DNA of 52,774 nucleotides from Spizellomyces punctatus DAOM BR117 (lineage: Eukaryota). This document shows positions 47,560 to 52,774 of the stretch, one piece after another. The stretch lies in NCBI GenBank assembly GCA_000182565.2, contig KQ257452.1. The stretch is one strand, 5' to 3'. How positions within the stretch are numbered: position 1 is the stretch's first letter; the number at the start of each line of letters is the position of its first letter. Below the pieces are notes generated by a model, which searched no databases, had not been told where the DNA came from, and was given only the letters and a program-made list of their open reading frames with translations. A program made the position numbers and the translations under genes.

Positions 47560-50500
47560 TTAAGCTCCCTTCTGGGCTAGGAACTCCTTCAAGATTTCTC
47601 TGCCATGGGGTAGGAGGTTTTCTTCTGGTTCCCAGGTGTTCTGAGAGGAGGGATAGCCTTTCCACTTGATGAGGTAGAGATTCTTCTTCCTTCTGATCTT
47701 GTGGTCAAGAATCTTCTCAACTTCCCAAAACTCTTCTCCTTGCTGGATAATTGGCTCAGGCTCAGGGGGCACTGGTCTGGTAGGGAAGTCCTCTGTGGGG
47801 TCCAAGTAAGGCTTGAGGAGTCTCACATGGAACACTGGATGAATCTTCATGGTGCTGGGGAGCTCCAGGGTGTAATTCTGAAATTCATCCTTGGCCTTGA
47901 TTCTGTAAGGTCCAAGCCAGGGGGGAAGAAGTTTCTGGGCTGGCCTCTGGGCTTCTTCTTCTGGGGTGATACCTTCTCTAGATAGCCAAACTTTGGAGCC
48001 TAGGGGGTAGCTTGGGGCCTTGCTGAGAGACTTGTTGGCTTGCTGAACTTGTCTTTCTTGGGCCAGTATCATGTTATCCTTGGCTACTTGAAGCAGTTGC
48101 TGAATATACTGGTGGAAGTCTGTTGCTTCAAGATCATTGCTTTCTCCTGGTGGTGTTGCTGGGGTCCTGGGATGCTGGCCATTCTCCAAGTAGAATGGGG
48201 TAAAGCCTGTGGTTTCTGAGATACTGTTGTTGTAGGCAAACTCAGCAAAGGGGAGAAGATCTTCCCAATTCTTCATGTTGTACTGCAGGAAAGCTCTGAG
48301 GTAAATCTTCAAAGTCTTGATGGTTCTCTCTGCCTGTCCATTGGTCTGCTGGTGCCTTGCAGTGGCTAGGAGGGTGCTGCAGCCTAAGAGTTGCATCAAG
48401 TTGGACCAGAATGAACTGGTGAACTTGGTGTCTCTGTCTGATACAATCACTTCTGGGAGTCCATGGTGCTTGAAGATGTGCTTCAAGAAGAGCAGGGCCA
48501 GGTCCTTGGCTGAGGCTCTGGTGGTGGTAGGGATGAAGTGGCCTCTCTTTGACAATCTGTCAACAATGACAAAGATGGCATTGTGATCAGAGGAAGTCAT
48601 AGGTAGGTCAGGGATCAGGTCAATGGAGATCTGGCTCCATCTGGTCTTAGGTACTGGGAGGGGCTGCAGCAAGCCTGCTGGTGGTTGCTGACTAGGTTTG
48701 CTTCTCTGGCAGGAATCACAAGACTTGACATACTTCTTAATGTCCTTGTACATCCTTGGCCAGTAGTAATGCCTTGCTAGGGCATCATGGGTCTTGGTGA
48801 TGTCAAAGTGTCCAGCATATTGAGTGTCATGGGTTTCTTGGAGTAGGCTCAACCTTAGGTCTGGGTCACTAGGAACAAAGATCCTGCCCTGGAAATAGAG
48901 TAACCCATCTTGATGGCTGAGGTATTTGAGCCTTTGTTGCTGGTCTTCTGGTCTCCTGGGGTCATCCAAAGCTTGGATGAGCTCTTGAAGTTCTGCGTCT
49001 TCTGTGGTACTGGTCTTCAATCTCTCTTGAAGGGTGCTGGTGGTGTGGGTCACAGCATTCAACTCTGCTGTCACCAAGGCCTTGCACTTGATGCATCTTG
49101 GGGCCAGGTCTGGTCTTCTAGACAGGATGTCTGCCACTGTGTGGAGTCTTCCTGGGCCATAACCAATCTCAAAGTCAAAAGATTGGAAGTTCATGACCCA
49201 TCTGGCTTGTCTTCTGGTCAAGAAGGGCTGGTTCTGTAGCCACTTGAGGGACTGGTGGTCTGAGATAACTTTGAAGGGGGTTCCTTCCAGGTAGGGCCTC
49301 CAAACTCTGAGGGCATCATGGATGGCTAACAGCTCTTGTTCTCTGGTGTCATATCTGGTCTCTGCTGGGGCCATCTTCCTGGAGTGGTAGGCAACTGGTC
49401 TCATGCCTTTCCCATCATCCTGTCCAAGCCATGCACCAACTGCATAGCCTGAGGCATCAGGGAAGACAGTGGTAGGCAAGGCTGGGTCAAAGGGTCTGAG
49501 TACAGGGGCTTTGGTGACCATATGCTTCAGCTGCTGAAAAGCTTTCTCCTGAGGTTCAGACCAGGTCCAGGGCTTGTCATTTCTCAACAGGTCTGTCAAT
49601 GGTGCAGCTTGCTCTGCCAGGTCCTTCAGAAAGCTATGGAAGTAGTTCACCAGGCCCATGAACTGTCTGACTTCAGTGACACTCTGAGGGGTGGGCCATT
49701 CTTGAACAGTCTGCACTTTCTTGGGATCAAGCTTGACTCCTTCATGTGAGACTACATGGCCAAGAAACTCTACTTCTTGCTTGAAGAACTGGCACTTGCT
49801 GGGGTTGGCATACAGCTTGTTCTGCCTGAGGGCTTGCAGAACCTGCTTGAGGTGGTCCAGGTGATCTTCTGGGGTCTTGGAGTAGATGAGGATGTCATCT
49901 AGGTAGACAATAACAAAGATGTCCAAGAAGGGTCTAAGGACATCATTCATCAAAGTCATGAAAGTGGCTGGGGCATTGGTCATTCCAAAGGACATGACCA
50001 GGAACTCAAAGTGACCATATCTGGTTCTGAAGGCTGTCTTGGGGATGTCTTCTGGGTGGACTCTGATCTGGTAATAGCCTGACTTCAGATCTAGCTTGGT
50101 AAACACCTGGGCTCCATTCAGCCTATCCATCAGCTCATCAATCCTAGGGAGGGGATATCTGTTCTTGATGGTGATTTTATTCAGAGCCCTGTAGTCCACA
50201 CACATCCTCAAAGAACCTTCTTTCTTCTTGACAAAGAGGATAGGTGCTCCAAATGGGCTCTTGGATGGTCTGATGTGGCCTGCCTCCAGAAGCTCTGAAA
50301 GCTGCTTCCTCAGTTCTTCTAACTCCAAAGAAGAGAGGTGGTAGGTTGGTCTCCAGGGGGTCTGGTTGGGGTCACTGAGTTCAATTCTGTGATCTACTGA
50401 TCTCTCAGGGGGAAGTCCTGGGGGAAGCTCTTCAGCAAAGACATCTTGATAGTTTTCAAGAAGCTTGGTGACTTTGGAATCCATGGTGTCTGGAGGGGTG

Positions 50501-50745
50501 CTGGTATCTTGAGGGTTCTTGAGATACACAGCAAAAGCTGTTGCTGTCCTCTTCTTCAGTGTTCTGGCCAACATCTTTGCTGATACCATGGTGATAAGAT
50601 TGGACTTCTGGGATTTGTTGGAAGAGCTGGCCTGCTTAACAAACCATCTGACTCTGGGGTGCTGGGAGGTGGTGAAGGTCACAGTGTTCTTGTTGTAGTT
50701 GATACTGGGATTCCTCCAGGCAAACCAAGGTATACCCAGGATCAA
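47560..50745 (-). CDS. pol: Pol: RT, RNase H, integrase, GPY/F, chromodomain
   Basis: [27 protein letters not shown] (HDTQYAGH...CDSC), SDRD and [22 protein letters not shown]...YLIKWKGY...TWEPEENL. Confidence 0.97.
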   Translation of the reverse strand: MILGIPWFAWRNPSINYNKNTVTFTTSQHPRVRWFVKQASSSNKSQKSNLITMVSAKMLARTLKKRTATAFAVYLKNPQDTSTPPDTMDSKVTKLLENYQDVFAEELPPGLPPERSVDHRIELSDPNQTPWRPTYHLSSLELEELRKQLSELLEAGHIRPSKSPFGAPILFVKKKEGSLRMCVDYRALNKITIKNRYPLPRIDELMDRLNGAQVFTKLDLKSGYYQIRVHPEDIPKTAFRTRYGHFEFLVMSFGMTNAPATFMTLMNDVLRPFLDIFVIVYLDDILIYSKTPEDHLDHLKQVLQALRQNKLYANPSKCQFFKQEVEFLGHVVSHEGVKLDPKKVQTVQEWPTPQSVTEVRQFMGLVNYFHSFLKDLAEQAAPLTDLLRNDKPWTWSEPQEKAFQQLKHMVTKAPVLRPFDPALPTTVFPDASGYAVGAWLGQDDGKGMRPVAYHSRKMAPAETRYDTREQELLAIHDALRVWRPYLEGTPFKVISDHQSLKWLQNQPFLTRRQARWVMNFQSFDFEIGYGPGRLHTVADILSRRPDLAPRCIKCKALVTAELNAVTHTTSTLQERLKTSTTEDAELQELIQALDDPRRPEDQQQRLKYLSHQDGLLYFQGRIFVPSDPDLRLSLLQETHDTQYAGHFDITKTHDALARHYYWPRMYKDIKKYVKSCDSCQRSKPSQQPPAGLLQPLPVPKTRWSQISIDLIPDLPMTSSDHNAIFVIVDRLSKRGHFIPTTTRASAKDLALLFLKHIFKHHGLPEVIVSDRDTKFTSSFWSNLMQLLGCSTLLATARHQQTNGQAERTIKTLKIYLRAFLQYNMKNWEDLLPFAEFAYNNSISETTGFTPFYLENGQHPRTPATPPGESNDLEATDFHQYIQQLLQVAKDNMILAQERQVQQANKSLSKAPSYPLGSKVWLSREGITPEEEAQRPAQKLLPPWLGPYRIKAKDEFQNYTLELPSTMKIHPVFHVRLLKPYLDPTEDFPTRPVPPEPEPIIQQGEEFWEVEKILDHKIRRKKNLYLIKWKGYPSSQNTWEPEENLLPHGREILKEFLAQKGA

Positions 50746-51466
50746 GTCAAACTTGATTGGGGCTAGTCTACCAACAAAAAATCCGTTACAGTTCCTACTG
50801 AGTATTGAACACCTTTGACAAAGCCTATTTCTTGGTGCTTTCTGTTATCAGCCATAGAGATTTCTGCTCCAGGGAGAGAATGAGTCACCAGTTGTGCCTT
50901 CTTGACAAATGACTGTGACACATAGAGCTGGTTTGCCCCATTGTCCAGGAGAATGGTTACTGGGATTCCCTGGATTGTACCTTGCACAGTCAGCAAGTGA
51001 CTCTGGGCAGTCCTTGGCCCTTTGGGGGTACTTAAACAGTATGGAGCCACCTCTACTACATGGATCTTGCTTTCTTTGTAGGTGACCTGGGGACTCTGGG
51101 TTTCATGGGGTTCTGGGGTTCTCTGGGGTTCTTGGGTTCTCTGGGGTTCTCTGGGGTTCTCTGGGGTTCTCTGGGGTTCTCTGGGGTTCTCTGGGGTTCT
51201 GGGGTCCTCTGGGGTTCTGGGGTCCTCTGGGGTTCTGGGGTTCTCTGGTGTTCTTGGGTTCTTTGGGGTTCTGGGGTTCTCTGGGGTTCCAGGTAAAGTC
51301 CATGGATAGTTAAAGTCTCAGGGGTGGTTTCAGGTGGGTCCAATAGGTCCAAGGGTTGAATAACAGGAGAGTGTACCAGGTGGTGGGTGTCAGGGTGGTG
51401 GTTCTTGATATCTTCCCCAGTAGAGGCAGAACCTCTATCTTCTACTGAGTCTGCTTGCCATTTCCC
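50746..51466 (-). pseudogene. Pol N-terminal linker and aspartic protease, interrupted by two frameshifts
   Basis: ILLDNGANQLYVS protease motif. Frame breaks occur in the repeat array (~51120-51200) and at ~50780. Confidence 0.8.
51107..51290. repeat. GGGGTTCT/GGGGTTCTCT minisatellite (18-bp and 10-bp units)
   Basis: Direct inspection. The 18-bp units encode TPEPQR on the minus strand. Confidence 0.95.
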
Positions 51467-52353
51467 TGCTGCTTGGTCTTCAAGGGACAGAGGGGGGCAA
51501 TATGGCCTGGTTTTCTGCACCTGAAACAGGCTCCCTTCTTTCTGAGCTCAGTCTTCTCAGCCTCAGTGAGTTTGGAGAGAGGCTTCCCAGAGTTGGTGGA
51601 TATACTATCTATCTCCATAGGGACTACTCCAGAGTTCTCAGTCTTGGGGGAGTAGTAGCTGGTGGCCTGGCTTCTTTTCTGGTAGCTGAACTGGATCTGG
51701 TCAATCCTATCAGCTGTTGCTGCAGCTGTGGCTAAGTTGATGGTACTGGTGGGGTTGAGCTCCAGTTGTTCCTGAACCCTGGGTTTAAGCCCTCTGATAA
51801 ACTTGTCTAACTTTTCAGCTTCTGACAAGTCATCCACCTGAAGGCATAAAGTATTGAACTGGTTCAGGTACTCCTTTACTGAGCCTTGTTGTTTGAGCCT
51901 GGCCAACTGGTCTCTTGCTGCTCTGGTGGCATTTGCTGGGAGGAACTTCTCTTGAAGGGCTCTCTTGAACTGGTCCCAAGACTGGATTCTGAGAGGGGAT
52001 CCTACTGGGTGGTTCTTGACATGGCTTTGCCACCAGACTTCAGCATGGAGTTCCAAGTAGGTGGTGGCTACTAACAGTTGGCCTTCTGGTGATAGATCTG
52101 CAGCTGCCTGGAAGTACTCTTCAAGTCTGAGGAGGTATGTCCTAATCTCTTGGACATTCCTGTTGCCTTTGTAGGGCTTCAACTTGCTTTGGAGGACTTT
52201 TACCAGGGATTTATCTACTCTGGGTTGGTACTGAGCAGTGGCTGGTGTGGTGGAGTTCAGCTGCTGGAGCTTTGCTTGATAAAGCTCCTGCCTGACCTGG
52301 TCTATGTCAAGCTCAGCAATGGTGTTGAAGAGAATCTCTTCCTGGCTGGTCAT
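51442..52353 (-). CDS. gag: Gag with CCHC zinc knuckle
   Basis: Retrotrans_gag pattern (AEVWW, SWDQFKRAL, LKQQGSVKEY, FIRGLK), VPMEID and CFRCRKPGHIAPLC. Confidence 0.95.
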   Translation of the reverse strand: MTSQEEILFNTIAELDIDQVRQELYQAKLQQLNSTTPATAQYQPRVDKSLVKVLQSKLKPYKGNRNVQEIRTYLLRLEEYFQAAADLSPEGQLLVATTYLELHAEVWWQSHVKNHPVGSPLRIQSWDQFKRALQEKFLPANATRAARDQLARLKQQGSVKEYLNQFNTLCLQVDDLSEAEKLDKFIRGLKPRVQEQLELNPTSTINLATAAATADRIDQIQFSYQKRSQATSYYSPKTENSGVVPMEIDSISTNSGKPLSKLTEAEKTELRKKGACFRCRKPGHIAPLCPLKTKQQGNGKQTQ

Positions 52354-52384
52354 GGTGGTAATGGGGTGGAGTCTTGGGTAGTTA

Positions 52385-52595
52385 CAATATTACTTGTAAC
52401 AACAACAATAGGGTGGGTCACAGGCCCAAGAGATGCAATGTTACTTGCAGTCAAGATAGGGTGGGTCACAGGCCCAAGAGATGCAATGTTACTTGCAGTC
52501 AAGATAGGGTGGGTCACAGGCCCAAGAGATGCAATGTTACTTGCAGTCAAAATAGGGTGGGTCACAGGCCCAAAATATGCAATATTACTTGCAAG
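52385..52595. repeat. 48-bp tandem repeat (~4.4 copies) in the retrotransposon 5' leader
   Basis: TAGGGTGGGTCACAGGCCCAA occurs at 52409, 52457, 52505 and 52553. Confidence 0.95.
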
Positions 52596-52774
52596 TACAA
52601 CTGGTGGGGAGGATACAGGGGGACTCTACAGCTTCTTCACAATCCCACAATAGAAAAGCTCTATCTGCTTTCTCAGAGCTTCTGATGCTAACCAAGTGGG
52701 GCAAGAGTCTGGGTGTGTCTGGTAGTAGTTCTGGAGGTTGTGCTGGGGGTAGGTTTGTGGTATGGGATGGTGTG

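Larger units (their letters stand above)
47056..52774 (-). mobile_element. Ty3/Gypsy chromovirus LTR retrotransposon (5' LTR outside window)
   Basis: Order gag-PR-RT-RH-INT-chromodomain, followed by PPT and 3' LTR. Confidence 0.97.

Noticed and set aside
52385-52595. CRISPR-like array
   Set aside because: The units are near-identical tandem repeats with no unique spacers.
47701-52685. Plus-strand ORFs antisense to gag/pol
   Set aside because: These are shadow ORFs of the coding strand and of the tandem repeats, with no independent motifs.

Overview
Eukaryotic, intron-rich fungal DNA with short GT-AG introns. The flagellar kinesin, DNMT2 and the Fanzor type point to a chytrid, most likely Spizellomyces punctatus or a close relative (inference). 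Positions 1-46.6 kb hold about 18 tightly packed host genes: coronin, BAP31, MED9-like, RBMX2/IST3, NTH1, SF3B1, an HSL-family hydrolase, a DM9 protein, neprilysin, mitochondrial AspRS, a CCDC78-like protein, KEX1, V-ATPase H, DNMT2 and KIF9 among them. The highlight is a 2.15-kb transposase-less TIR element (11419-13566, TA target-site duplication, CATA at the left flank). It encodes a Fanzor1 (eukaryotic TnpB/Cas12-like RNA-guided nuclease) plus a putative omegaRNA that overlaps the right TIR and reads into flanking DNA as the guide. This copy is frameshifted, and its omegaRNA region carries tRNA-like A/B-box motifs. Fanzors are a described system; the copy-specific details here may not be. 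From 46.56 kb to the end the sequence is almost CpG-free and contains a minus-strand Ty3/Gypsy chromovirus (3' LTR, PPT, gag, -1 slippery site, pol with chromodomain) whose 5' LTR lies beyond the window. Exon boundaries were read by eye and are approximate.
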